A DNA stretch of 64,000 nucleotides from Convolutriloba macropyga. Taxonomy: Eukaryota. The stretch covers positions 19,654,001 through 19,718,000 of the forward strand of contig NC_134478.1 in the NCBI RefSeq assembly GCF_964194025.1. Reading direction: 5' to 3'. Made by a program: the position numbers and the translations under genes. The notes beneath the pieces were generated by a model. The model searched no databases. It was not told where the DNA came from and was given only the letters and a program-made list of their open reading frames with translations. Of the stretch, positions 1 through 12,559 are shown one piece after another (the first letter of the stretch is position 1; every line of letters begins with the position of its first letter).

Positions 1-2123
1 GCCAAAGCTAGATTGAACTATTTATGACTAATTATTCTGCTCTCTATCTGTGAATAGTTGTGGTTAAGTCTTCCTTTCAACTGCTCAGACTTAATTGCCG
101 ACTGCCCCTTAACTGGCCAGAACTAATTGCCGACTGCCACTTAACTTGCCAGACTTATTTGTCAACGGCCTTTATTTACCTACTTGCAGTGTTTGCATAG
201 ATTCTACTACGGCACATTTTGTCAAATGACCAAATACTAAATTTACTACGCTCATGCTCTCACCCATAGTGGTATTTTCATGCTCTCATGTATTTCTCAA
301 TACTTTGGGGAAAAGTCCAAAGGTTGAAGTAAATATTTAATTAATAATAACCAATTATAAAACCTATTAACAAATATTTACTTTTTTATTTATATAGATC
401 AAAAAAGAATTCCATAGTTTAACAGTTTCAGTTTTAACGGGTCAATTAATGGAGGTCAAATGTGTTATTGGTCAATCTTCAGTGAAGCCGGCGTTCCGAA
501 ATGATCTTTCAGTCCAACTGGCGTTCTGGAACATTATGTTGGGAACCCCCCACCGACCCCTTCCCCCCTACTTAACCTCCCCCTCCTCCTTATTTGGCAG
601 TTCCACGTTTTACCATTTGCTAATAGTTCGTGCAATTTGACTAACAGTTTCAAACAGTTTCAATTTAACCATCTTTAAATTGAAGTGTCATACGCTTTTT
701 GTGACTTTCGAAAATTTCGTATTAAGGCTGAATAGCTTCTGTGCAGTCTTTTTCAATATGATATGCTATGAGTATAACGTGTACAGAGCTTTGCTCATAA
801 ACACACTGGTCCGACCAGCTCCAGTCGGTCTTCAGCTCTGGTTTAGAGCTCTAGTTGCATAATGAGCATTTTTAGCCCAGAATCTGGCAGATCTCATATC
901 CTCTCGATTTGACTAAAGATTCCAACGCACCAATACTGATGAAAACAATAGGTTCTTTAAATATCCAATCATTAGAGTTACTTGTTGCAATATTTCTTTG
1001 ATTATGAAAGCATTAGTTGCGGATTGTGCTAAATTTGCTAAGCTCACAAAAATTCTACGTGTCTTCTGCAAAATTTATTTTCGATTGCTTCTTTTAGCTA
1101 TTAATTTTTGTGATTACAACTCAAGTTATTCCACTCCTATCTTCTCGAATGCTTTAGCAATGGCTTCTATTCTATTTAGCCAAAAAAATTACGTTACCGT
1201 TTTTTGTTGATCATTGACAAATTTTATATCACCCACAGTTTCTTGACATTGAATTCAAAATCTTGGAAATGAAAAACCTATAAAGGTCTGATCTAATATA
1301 AAGGTTAGGTTGCCAAAACTAGATTGAACTATTTATGACTAATTATTCTGCTCTCTATCTGTGAATAGTTGTGGTTAAGTCTTCCTTTCAACTGCTCAGA
1401 CTTAATTGCCGACTGCCCCTTAACTGGCCAGAACTAATTGCCGACTGCCACTTAACTTGCCAGACTTATTTGTCAACGGCCTTTATTTACCTACTTGCAG
1501 TGTTTGCATAGATTCTACTACGGCACATTTTGTCAAATGACCAAATACTAAATTTACCACGCTCATGCTCTCACCCATAGTGGTATTTTCATGCTCTCAT
1601 GTATTTCTCAATACTTTGGGGAAAAGTCCAAAGGTTGAAGTAAATATTTAATTAATAATAACCAATTATAAAACCTATTAACAAATATTTACTTTTTTAT
1701 TTATATAGATCAAAAAAGAATTCCATTGTTTAACAGTTTCAGTTTTAACGGGTCAATTAATGGAGGTCAAATGTGTTATTGGTCAATCTTCAGTGAAGCC
1801 GGCGTTCTGGAACATTATGTTGGGAACCCCCCACCGACCCCTTCCCCCCTACTTAACCTCCCCCTCCTCCTTATTTGGCAGTTCCACGTTTTACCATTTG
1901 CTAATAGTTCGTGCAATTTGTCTAACAGTTTCAAACAGTTTCAATTTAACCATCTTTAAATTGAAGTGTCATACGCTTTTTGTGACTTTCGAAAATTTCG
2001 TATTAAGGCTGAATAGCTTCTGTGCAGTCTGTTTCAATATGATATGCTATTAGTATAACGTGTACAGAGCTTTGCTCATAAACACACTGGTCCGACCTGC
2101 TCCAGTCGGTACTCAGCTCTGGT
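1..2123. repeat. Tandem duplication, ~1311-bp period (copy 1 = 1..1311, copy 2 = 1312..2123 truncated)
   Basis: GCCAAA(G/A)CTAGATTGAACTATTTATGACT starts at 1 and at 1312. The copies are near-identical to ~842 and ~2123, and copy 1 has a ~30-bp insertion near 497-526. The short ORFs at 449/1760 and 680/2060 are duplicates of one another. Confidence 0.9.
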
Positions 2124-2428
2124 CAGTAAATCGGCAGTCGGCATCGAAGTATGGCCAGCAGGTTGGCAATCGGCTGTTTGTGTTGACCCGAGAATTGGCA
2201 GTCAGAATTGGTTCTCTCAATTCTGAAATCGTATTTCAAGTTTCATTTGCAATAGTTCAGTAGTGCTGGACAATCAGTTTTGCTAAGCCAGTAATGAAAA
2301 GCACTGCGAACCAACTCCGGGTTACCAGGTAGAAAATGATTGGGTGCTATTGCGCCTAAATTGGACAGGTCAGCGCCTACAGGCTAAGCTCACGTGTCTG
2401 CGTTCAATGTGTATTAAACGACACAAAA

Positions 2429-3220
2429 TGTGACGTTCAAAAACTCATTAGTGAGGTGACGTGTACCGATATCTGCATTAAGGCAGACCCAAGGGGGGCT
2501 CTTTTTACAGCCTTAAAGTATAAAAAGTTAGGGTTACTTTTTCTACGCGCCAAGTAGGCTTGGCTTACCTATATCTCTCAGATTAACTGACTCTGTATAG
2601 CACTGAAAGTATACTTCAATTATAACGATGTATAAAAGAGTTAACGCCAGAGTCACAGGTATACACACAGTGCAACTACTCTAATAGACCGAAAAGAGTT
2701 AATAAGCATGCGCTTTATATAAAAGAAAAGTGTTTTCTCAGTCTCATTGGTTGGTAGAGTACGTCCAGTATTTCTATTGCTACATCCATCCTGGGTTAAG
2801 AATTTTAAATTCTAATCTGTAAATTGTAGCAGAAATACGTTGGATTAGTTGTGGAAGGAAGTGAAGTGTCGTATTGTCGTTGAAGAGAAGTTGTGACTTG
2901 TGCCGTCGTCTAGAGTCCCTGTCAGTAGAGTGTCTACTAGTTTTGTCAGTAAAGTGTCAACTTCATTTGTGGAGTCAGTAGAGGTCGCAGTTACAAGGTT
3001 TGCAGGCCCGCAACGTCAGTCCTATCAGACTATCCAACTGTCTCTCACTGTCCTGTAGTAAGGGTTTGTTCCCAGTTGGAGGATTGCTTGTAATCTGTAT
3101 TCTCTGTCTGCTTGTACAAGTAGATTTCTGTTTATCTCCATCTGGTACATTGTTTTACTGGTCAGAATGTCCAGCTTACCCTCTGGTGAAAATCCATCGT
3201 TTAGCTACTGTGCGAGCTAC
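2429..3220 (-). repeat. Putative 3' LTR of the Gypsy-like element
   Basis: Begins TGTGACG on + (ends ...CA on -). On the minus strand a CCAAT box (~2746-2750) lies ~30 nt upstream of TATATAAAG (~2713-2721). A purine tract (AATAGGGAAAG on -) sits at ~3220-3230. There is no second LTR in the window to confirm the boundaries. Confidence 0.3.
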
Positions 3221-3449
3221 TTTCCCTATTAAATTTGTTCAAAAAATTTAAAGCTTGCTTAGTAAGCTACGACAGGAGAGAAGAAGAAAAAAACTGATCC
3301 TAACTTTCAATTGTGGCAAAGAAGAAAAGAATAAAAGAAGATAAGTAAAGAGGATAGGGAAAGAATAAGAAAGAGAAAAAATTTCACGTGAGTTTAAGAA
3401 CAGTGAGTCTTTGAGTTTTATGGGTCAGTGAGCCCGATGTTGTAGGACT

Positions 3450-5367
3450 GTGTCCTACTTCCAAAACTCGAATTCGAAGTCAGGGCCTCAATTGTCAGGA
3501 TCCCTGATAAATTCGAGAAATTCTTTGTTTGGCGTTAGACAGGCGGCAAGTGCACGAGGGTAGAGGTCAACGTTGCAGTGGGGCTGCAACGCTAGAAGGT
3601 GGTTAAAGATCTGTGTCTACTCTGGTGTTGGTTCCGGATTTGCCAACTTGTCCACCATCCAGTCACTAGAGAGGAGATTGAAAGTGTGCCCATACTTGCA
3701 CTTTGTAGCTCCTCCCTCTACACACTAAACGTATTCAATGGGAACAAGTATCGGTCTGTGCGTTTTCGCATAAGGTGGCGAAAACAAGAAATAGTTCTTG
3801 ATAGGGTCGAAAATGCGAAGTTTTCCTTTGCAATAGGTGGGGTGGATGATATAACTGTAGTCCATGTAGTAGGGTGAAGTGAGTTTAGTGTTTGCATATT
3901 GGAGACATGAGTTTGTTTGGACTAGAGGGTTAGTCAGATGAAAGTGATGTTAGACGAACAGGTAGTTATGTATGGTATGGCGCATCTTTGTCCTGTTAAC
4001 TTTGTGAGTCTGGTTGTTCACATCCATCTGTGTTGGATGCAAAAAACCAAACTGGAGATAAAAAGTGTCGTAATTTTGATAAATACGGCAGGGGACGACA
4101 TGTCCTGTGAAGAGTTTAATCAGATAGTTGTTTTGACAATCTGCGAGGGCAGAGAAGTACTTCGAGTGGTGCCAGAATTGCTCTGTAATGCGGGAATTAA
4201 TCGGGAAGTGGGGGAACTCTTGTGGGAGTTCCTTATCCCGTCCTTCTTCTACATAATCATTTTTCAACTTTCCCCAGGGGCATAATCTGGCCGTTACTTT
4301 CAACGTGTGATGTGGTGGCGTTGTAAAATAATTAATCCTCTCGGTGACATGAACACCGTGATCCGTATTATTGCTCAGAAGATTTGTGAATTAGTAGGAA
4401 ATTAGGCCAAGGTGCTCTGTGTAGCACTCCTTGTGTGGCGGTGAAAGGGTTGACTCGGCTTTTTTAAGGATAGGGATGTGGGCCTCGTGGAGGGCTAGCG
4501 GTGTGCCGGGCTGGCGATAGTGAGGCCTGTATAGGCTGTATGGGTGATGAACATACCGGGTAGATCTCGTGCGGCATAGCTCTGGGGCGTCTCTTGGAAA
4601 AAGATCCGTGCAATGATAGTTATCCGTGGATGCTGGCCGATCGTGAGGAGGGGGTTGGGGAAGATTTGGTTGAGGTCTAAGTGGAGGGGTTGTAGGTCCA
4701 TATCTGTGTGATGGAGTAGTAGTGGAAAAGTATAGTGGTGTAGGCATCACTGGTGATGGGCACGTCAGTGGTTGGCTACGAGTCCGTGGGCCACGGACTG
4801 GACCTGAATAGGCCAAGTTGGGAACCAATTTTTCGGGTGTTGATCGATCCGATTGTTCCGCAGCGACTTCATCAGCCCAGGAAGAGCTCTGTGTGAATTG
4901 AGTTGGTGGCTGTTGCACCAAAAATGGCAGCTGTTGCGCCAAAGAGAGCAACTGTTGTGACTGTGGAACTGGAGGCAGGAGTTGTGAGCCCTGAAGCAGG
5001 AGTTGTTGAGACAAACTCAGAGGTCCGATTGGCACAGAGGGTGAGCTTGGGTCATTTTCTATGAACAAAGGCAATTCTCCTGATGACGAGGAGGAAGTGG
5101 TTGGTGAAGGCAGTGGGTTCACCCCACGCATGAGCTGCTGAGTCCACAGAGTGTGGCTGTGCAGAGGCCTGGGCCATCATGCAGAGGGCCGGCGTTCGCA
5201 TCACACACACACAGGCTATGGTACACGCACGCAGCACCAAGGGTGTAAGCGGCGAAGGCAGGATGTCGTCGACATCCAGCATAATGAGGTCGTATGCCGT
5301 AGGGTCGACATTTGGTGGAATAGTAGAACCGGCAACTTGTGCGCCAGAAGCGACAGTTGTGGTGTCG
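3450..5367 (-). pseudogene. 3' accessory ORF(s) of the LTR element, Pro/Ser/Gln-rich and frameshifted (ORFs 5052..5282, 4391..5131, 3950..4303)
   Basis: Relatively GC-rich island with a 246-aa low-complexity ORF between env and the putative LTR. It begins right after a canonical minus-strand 3' splice site (CTAATACCTTTTTTGTTTCAG, AG ending at 5368). Confidence 0.5.
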
Positions 5368-5559
5368 CTGAAACAAAAAAGGTATTAGTTACGAGTAGTA
5401 GGTAAATTTAAGATAAGTTCTTCCGGGATTTCCTGATAATCAGCGTCATCCTTCAAAGAATCTTTTGAGAGTGATTTAGCACGTGAGGGTTTAAGTTTAC
5501 TGGGTGAAAAGTGTAAAAACGAAACGACTGAACATTGGGTTGTCTGTGTGATTGTACCG

Positions 5560-7860
5560 GTAGTTCATAGCATTAATAAATAGATGTGGGGAGAGTAGAG
5601 GGCTTGTGCTTACAAGATTTATTGTGTACTGAAGAGGAAAATTTGTCGAAGAAATTTTTTCATTTTCTTTGTAATAAGTTCAGTTCATTTTGGGTGTGTG
5701 GAGTACTACTATCGATTGAGTCTTTGCGTCTTCTCTTGAGTGATTGTGATTTATATTGTGTAGTGTCAGATTGTAATACATGAAAAATAGTTTATGGAAA
5801 CACTCCAAAAAATCCAGAAGTTATAATCTTACCTAAAGTAATATTAGGGCCTAAGAGTTATTTAAGATTGTATGCGTCAAATGATCTACAAAATAGTCCA
5901 AATAGGCACTGTAGAAAATTAAAAACGGTCCAAATAATGGCTATTTCTTTTATTACGTACCAATGGTACCAAAGATTTCTATGAGGGCTTTTTTAAATAT
6001 TTGCCGTTCATTATTTCACTCCAATCAATACCACGAAGTGTAAATTCTTTTTCGTTAATGAAGAATTTTTTCAAATAATTATTGTATTGGCTTGGTAGTT
6101 GTAAGAATTGTGCCCGTAACTGTGCTTGTTTTGAAAGGTCTGCAGCAATTACAGCTTATGCTAATTCAAAATTTTCTGCGGCGTCATCTACTAATTGGTT
6201 AAATTTCATTTTATTGAATGATTTGGTCCAGTTTTTTTGGCTATATATGCCAAGTTGTTGTGCGCTAAAATCCGCGTGGGTGAAACGGTTTTTAATTCGT
6301 CAGGCGTGAAAGTTTTAACGTAGTTTTGCGCTTTATTTATGTAAGGCGTTATGCGGAATGACCAATCGCCATCCAGATCTAGTGATAATTGTTGATCAAA
6401 GTTTTCAGCTGATGCTTTAATAGACCAAGGAAACGTTTTACGTGTGTCTTGATCTTCAAATTGTAGTTTATTTTGATAAAAAAGAAATAGGAATCTGTTC
6501 AAAAAATTGGTTTTCTAAAACATAAACTGGTGAAGAAACAAATTTACATTGAATGAGTGAGATAAAATTAGAGGTCTTTAGTGTAGAGAATTTGTTTCGA
6601 TGTCCTGTAATAACGTATCCAACATGTGGCAATTTTTGTGTTAGTAAGATAAAGGCTGTTTGTTTTAGATCGGAGTTTTTAAAGGCGGAGTTTTTTTTAA
6701 ATTGATATATTTGTGTGGTCCATTTCAAGTAGTACTCTTTTGATCATATAATCGAGTTTAGCGTCAATCGTGTTAACCAATTTAGTTTACGAAACAGGTC
6801 GAATTTTTCAGATTTACGATAAACGTTCTTGCGGGAATTACAAATCCGTTACCGATATCTGCTTTAGTGTATGGAGTAATCGAGGGTGCTTTATTTGAGA
6901 TGGTTAAGTTTACCTCTTTAAATTCTTGTGATGCTTTGCAAGTGACAAAATTAAAGCCTTCCCTGATATGGCATAAAGATATCTTGATATTGTGTAGCGT
7001 AAAAAGGGCGATTCTCATTATATTTATAAGGATTAGTGAGTACTTCAAAACGAGAAATTGCTGATTCGTCATAAAGGTGGTCTTGAAAACAACTATTGTA
7101 AATTTGTGCGTTGTGTTCGTATCCAGTATTGGTTTCTTTATCTGCTAGTGTTTCATAAAAATAGCGTTTTTGAAGTTTTATCATGCGTGCGTGAGATCTA
7201 TCAACATCATAAATTTGACAGGGGTTATTGGGTTCCTGTCAAGATTGGAGGGGCAGTAGCCTCTCTCGAGATCACATTTTATACGTGTTTTAAATAATAA
7301 ATAAATAATAAACACTTTCTGATTTTACATCAAAAGTAAGCGTGATGTTAGTTAATTGAAGTGAACACCTTTGTGTGTGGTTGATATGATGTTCGTGCTC
7401 TAGGTTTTTGCCAGAACAGTTAGCCCAGCGATTATACGTGGCGTTAGGGGTCCATTCATGTTCCCATGGCTTGTATATAATGTTTTCGTGTCGGAAAGCA
7501 AAGTTTCGGTAGCGATCAAATTGAACACGACTTTGTTCGGCTTAAATATTTGCCTGCCAACGGGGATCGTTAGGTAAATCAAATTATATTATTTGTGGGT
7601 GATAGTGATGTTTACTTATGAGACCAACGCTTGCAAATTCTCTACGAGCCGACTTTACATTCGCCGATCTTTTTGAACTTATAAAACGCATATTAGTGAT
7701 ATGCTGTGGGGAGCAAACATAGTGTCTTACTATTAGATCTTGAACTCCTGATTTCGGAGTGGAGATGTTACGGTAATCAACTTTAATTGGTTGTTTTATA
7801 GGGAGTGGATAGGAAAAAAAATAAATTAATCAAAATTAGAATTAGATTTGTATTGGACAT
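5560..7860 (-). pseudogene. Envelope-like glycoprotein pseudogene (class III fusion protein-like, chuvirus G/herpes gB-type)
   Basis: Joined frames give a hydrophobic N-terminus MSNTNLILILINLFFF and DLIVRHYVCSPQHITN...KIGECKV. Further on come CDLERGYC, IDAKLDY, GYVITGHRNKF...LIQCKFVSSPVYV...EQIPI.FYQNKLQFEDQDTRKTFPW, SAQQLGIYSQK, and a C-terminal hydrophobic segment IAIIWTVFNFLQCLFGLF...GKIITSGFFGVF. Confidence 0.7.
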
Positions 7861-9341
7861 GTGTTAGAGTTTCCAGAGTGAGGATTGTAGAAAACAAAAT
7901 ATCCTGCATATTTTTTGTGTATCTGTCAAGTTTATAGTGTATTTCTTGACAAAAAAATGGTGATGGGTGGGTTTTTACTCGCAAAAAAATTTGGAGCAGG
8001 AGCTTGTGTGAGGGAAAATATTTTATCTTGTTCGACTACGATTTCGACAGAAAAAATAATCTTAGATTGTTTAAGTTGATCTTGTGCTCGCTGTCTTTTA
8101 CTGGAGTAGTATTGTAGTTTTTAGAGATTCTTTGTTTTGCGCAATTATTTAATTGTTTACCGTTTTTATGATCTCCAAAACAGAGCGGTTGTGGGAACTA
8201 CATATTTTGGATCAAATTTTAGTAGTAGTGTTGGATAAGTTCTAGTGGTATCGGGTTGTTTCCCTTTACAATGGTGAGAATATTGATCTAGGTCTGGTGC
8301 GAATTTGATCTAAGAGTGATAAAAGATGGTGTACCTTGGAAACTGAGTGCTGATGAATTTTGAAAAGAAGGAGTTGAATTGACTATATTGAAAGAGTGAT
8401 TCCTGTGAGCTTGTGAGAGCAAACGCTCAAGATTAATTACTGGTCCCTGTGGCGGATTGAAAGGGCTACTTGCAATTTGTGATGGAGTAATTGACGAGAA
8501 TTGAGAACTAAGTAGATAAGAAACTGAAGCGTCAGAAATAAGACCGATATCATAAGGTATATCGTCTATATTAGAAACAGTGTGAATTGGCTGGGGCAAT
8601 TCGGAGCTACTAGTCTTGTTTGTGTTAGCAAAGTTAATCGGTTGAGTAGAGAATTGTGGTGTGTTTGAAAAATTAATTAATTCTGGTTGTTTTGCTTTTG
8701 GCAGAGCGGTATAAGTATAGGTGGTGGTAATTCTGCGTTTGCAAGAGAACCTGAGTATGGCAATAAATTCTGTGTTTTTATTCTTTGTTGTTGTGCTTGC
8801 GCTTGGTAGATTTGTGTTTCACTTTGATAGGCAGATATGTGATTACTGACTGAGGGGAAATGTGGGGGGATTGTTCATTAAGACAATGACGACCTGCAGA
8901 TTTTGCGGTAGTAGTGACTAAGCATGGGTGTTCTTCGCTCTCTTGTGCTTGTGTTTTTTTTATTAAAGAGTTTAAATGATGACTTTTTTGGGGGTGGATT
9001 GTTTGAAGCGTCGCTATATGAGCAGCTTGGTGATTCTGAGGCTGGGGATGCACTTAGGTTAGTGTTGGATTGCTGATTAGAGGACACAATTGTAACGTTA
9101 ATCCTCGGCCAAGAGTGGGGCAATTGTTACAACGGAATATCTTATTAGGATTAAAAGACGGAATAACAATAATTAGTAAAGTTAAAGTGGGTATACTACC
9201 TCGGATTGCTGCGAAAGGTGATTCTGGTTGGAAAATATTGTGTTGCTAGATGAGATGAGATCTAAAAAATCAGCAGAAAAAACAGTTCACAATTCTGCAA
9301 TTGTTTAATCTTTTCTGGCGAAAGAAAAAAATGAGGATGTT

Positions 9342-9746
9342 TCATTTCATTTTTATATATTTCAAATCATAAGCGGCTGGGATAGCATCTAGATTTATTG
9401 TAAATACTATATTTGCGTAAAGACTTTCAGTTATTTTGATATTTGCTGGTGGTGGATAATTTGGAAGATAAAAGAGATCAAACTGTTCGTTGTTAAAGTC
9501 TCTTATATAAAAAACCCATTCAAAACAAGTGTGTGAATATAATATGTGATCTAGGTAAGAGAAAATATCTTGGAAACGTATTTGTTGTGTTTTAAAACTC
9601 TGCGTATATCTGAAAGTGTCTGCGTATGGAGTTCTACGAAACGACACATCAAGTCTGTGTTGTGAATTATTTTGCATACTTGTCTGTTGTGTGAAGACCA
9701 ATTGAACTTTTAGTGCTGTGAGACTGAAATTTGTATACTGTAGCAA
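9342..9746 (-). CDS. Uncharacterised ORF between pol and env of the LTR element (134 aa as called; ~110 aa from MQNNSQ)
   Basis: Uninterrupted, globular-looking aromatic-rich ORF in the same orientation as pol. No family recognised. Confidence 0.35.
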   Translation of the reverse strand: MLQYTNFSLTALKVQLVFTQQTSMQNNSQHRLDVSFRRTPYADTFRYTQSFKTQQIRFQDIFSYLDHILYSHTCFEWVFYIRDFNNEQFDLFYLPNYPPPANIKITESLYANIVFTINLDAIPAAYDLKYIKMK

Positions 9747-10779
9747 AATTTGCGCTTCTCTGAGCTGGTTTGTTTTTGCTGTTCTGAAATGGCTGGGTTT
9801 GTCGGAGATAATAACTGTGATCTGACACAGTTCTTGATTTACGAAAAAGTGAAAGAGCTATTTGTCAAATGATAAGTGCATTCTAGAAAATTAGAAATTT
9901 TTCTAAGTTAGAATAAGATAGAATGAGAGAAATTTAGTAAGAGAGAAGTTGAGAGAATGTAAGTTTAGAGTCTTCATTCAAGAAAGAAGAGAGAAGAGAG
10001 ACAACTAAGTTTCAAGAGAGATGGACTGTGAAGTGATTTTAGACAATGCGGATTAGCCTGACCTCAACTTTTCTTCAGGAAGTAAAAATTACCGAATTAT
10101 ATCTCGTTAAACTGATTAGATAGGGGAATTAGTCCCCGAACGATCTACGAGTCGGTTGCTAACTTATTTTTTAATTTGTTTACCTTCTTTTTTGTCGCGT
10201 GGAATGGCCTATAGTTCCCTCTTTTTCATTTCCTGATGGAAGGGTTTTTGTGGTTTTATGGTAGCAGGTATAAAGATATTCCGTATGCTCTTTTAATACT
10301 GTGGAGGGGCTTTATTATATTTACAATTGATTGTAATGGTATTAGGGGAGAGTGGTGAAAGAACTAGGGGTGAGAGAACTTCGAATTATATCTTGAGTGT
10401 ATTTCCATTTACGGGGTATTTAGAGTACTATACTAATTTGTGTTCGGCTAACGAAAACGAGAGAATAAAGTTTGTTTGTTACAGTAGTAGTGTCTATATG
10501 TTTTAGAGGTGCATTGTTCGTGAAGCCGAATTTTTCGATTATGGTATAAAGACCCTGTAATCTTTTGTCGGTTGTTTTCGTAAACAAGTATCTCTTGTAT
10601 TGCAGTTTTCCGAGTTTCTGTGGGGTATTTCAGACAAATTACAAGGTATTGGGGGAAGGATCATGATTTGATGGTATGTCTGGGTTGTCTAGACTAAACA
10701 AAACTGATTTGGATTTCATGATAGTCGGTTTTTTAGGATGGAGTTGTAATAAAGTGTTGTCGGAAAAGTATTTCTCAAT

Positions 10780-11830
10780 TTCTTTTTGGACGATGAATTC
10801 TTTGGGGTATTATGGTACAATACTAATTCGGTGACGGGTTATCTGTTTAACTGAAGAATCCTCTAGTTTATATGTGACCAATGTGGGGGTATCAATTCTT
10901 TTATAATGTCCAACTTTCTGTGGTTTTATCTTTTTTGAAATTCCGATTTGTGGAATTTTACTTACAACAAGAGCATTAGTGTTAGTTTTAAGAAGTTGAA
11001 CCGTTCCAAAGCGGCGATTTATGAGCGCTCGTAAATGTTTATTTTGATTTAAGTGATTGTGGACTTCATTATATATTTCCGAGGGTATCTTTTCACGATT
11101 TAGAAACCAGTGTGCAAAAGTTCTTTTTTGTAGTTTTTTTTTAAATTCAGGGTGGTGGAGTACAAGTTCATATGGTGAAAGATTCACACGCGTTCTTGTG
11201 AGTTAAATGCAAATGAGGATGGTTTGGAATTTTTTGGCCTTGTGTCGTACTGTGAATCTAAAACTGTGCGCAAAAACGTATTCAAGTGTCCATTACTATT
11301 TTCAACTAGTCCATTTGACTATGGTGCACACGGCGTGCGTGGTTTAAACTGTACTTTGTGTGTGTGGAAGAAATGTGCGAACTCGCCGTTAATTTTTTCA
11401 TTTCCATTATCAGTTACTAGAATATCAGGTATTCCAAATTTGACTATACAACGGTCAAATAATACCTTTAACGAATTGGCTGCATCGTTTCTGTGGGAGC
11501 GTGAAAAACAACATAATGTGTGAATGCATCTACTGACATAGGATTTTCCATCTGAGGACGGAGAAATTGTGCCTTTTGTTTCCATTGAAATACGATGACT
11601 GAGGCATGGGGAAATTTCCACAAATGGCTATTGTGGGGTCCATTAGGAGGTTTGGCATGGCTTTGCTCGTTTGGCAATTCAACCAATCTTGTGTAAGAAT
11701 TGCTATTCATGTCCTAATATTTGGGAAGTAATAGTTTTGTGTTACTGTAGCATAGGTGTTTTCACGACCGGGATGGCATGAAAGATCATCTGTATATGCA
11801 ATATGCAGTGGTAGACATATTTTTATTGGT
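10780..11830 (-). pseudogene. Integrase (HHCC zinc finger, DDE core, C-terminal extension), frameshifted
   Basis: CHPGRENTYATVTQNYYFPNI...LNCQTSK; ISMETKGTISPSSDG; VDAFTHYVV; FGIPDILVTDNGNE; FKPRTPCAP*SNGLVENSN; LSPYELV. Confidence 0.9.
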
Positions 11831-12559
11831 TGTGTCACTTGGATATAATATAAGAGTTGGATGGTTTCATTTCTAGTTAAATTCTAAAAACGTCTGTAGT
11901 ATTTTAAAAGTCCTTTGTTTACTCTAATTGTTAACAAAGGGATAAGAGGGCGATTTTTGAATTTTTTCTAAAGAAGATGTTGTCGTAGGTCAGGGTCCTG
12001 CTGTTGTGTTTCTTGTAAGAATGGATCATTAATTTCTGTAGTTTAATTATTGAAACATTGCAATACTGAAATATTTATATGTTTCTGATGGTTGATGCAT
12101 GAATTAATAAAAAAAACTCTATTATCGCTGGAAGAAAAAACTCGATACTATTCTTTAATTCTGCGTAATTTGCATTTCGAGTACCGGATGTACACGGTTC
12201 TGTCTTGTTTGTATTCAGTGTAACATCTGTGTGTTGTACAAAATGATGAGTTTCTAAGTGTGATTGACTTTGTTTAAGCTCTTGAGTTTTGTGATAATGT
12301 ACTTATTCTAAAGGTTGTGCTTTCGTTTTGTATTCGTTATATGAAACGCGGAGATCGAGATTGTTCTCTAGTTGTACTTTAAAATGTTATCTTTGATTTG
12401 CAGATAAATTGGAAAATATGGTGATTTTACAGCAGTGTCTGTTTTTGCAGTGTTAACGTATTCTTTTGATACGGCGTTGTGGTACTATATCGGTTGTGTT
12501 TGTTGATTATGTGTCATAACAAATTTTATTGAGTCAGGAAACTCTACCGTCCGTAGACG

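Noticed and set aside
449-2263. Short ORFs in the 1.3-kb repeat as genes
   Set aside because: No recognisable motifs, and the frames differ between the two copies.
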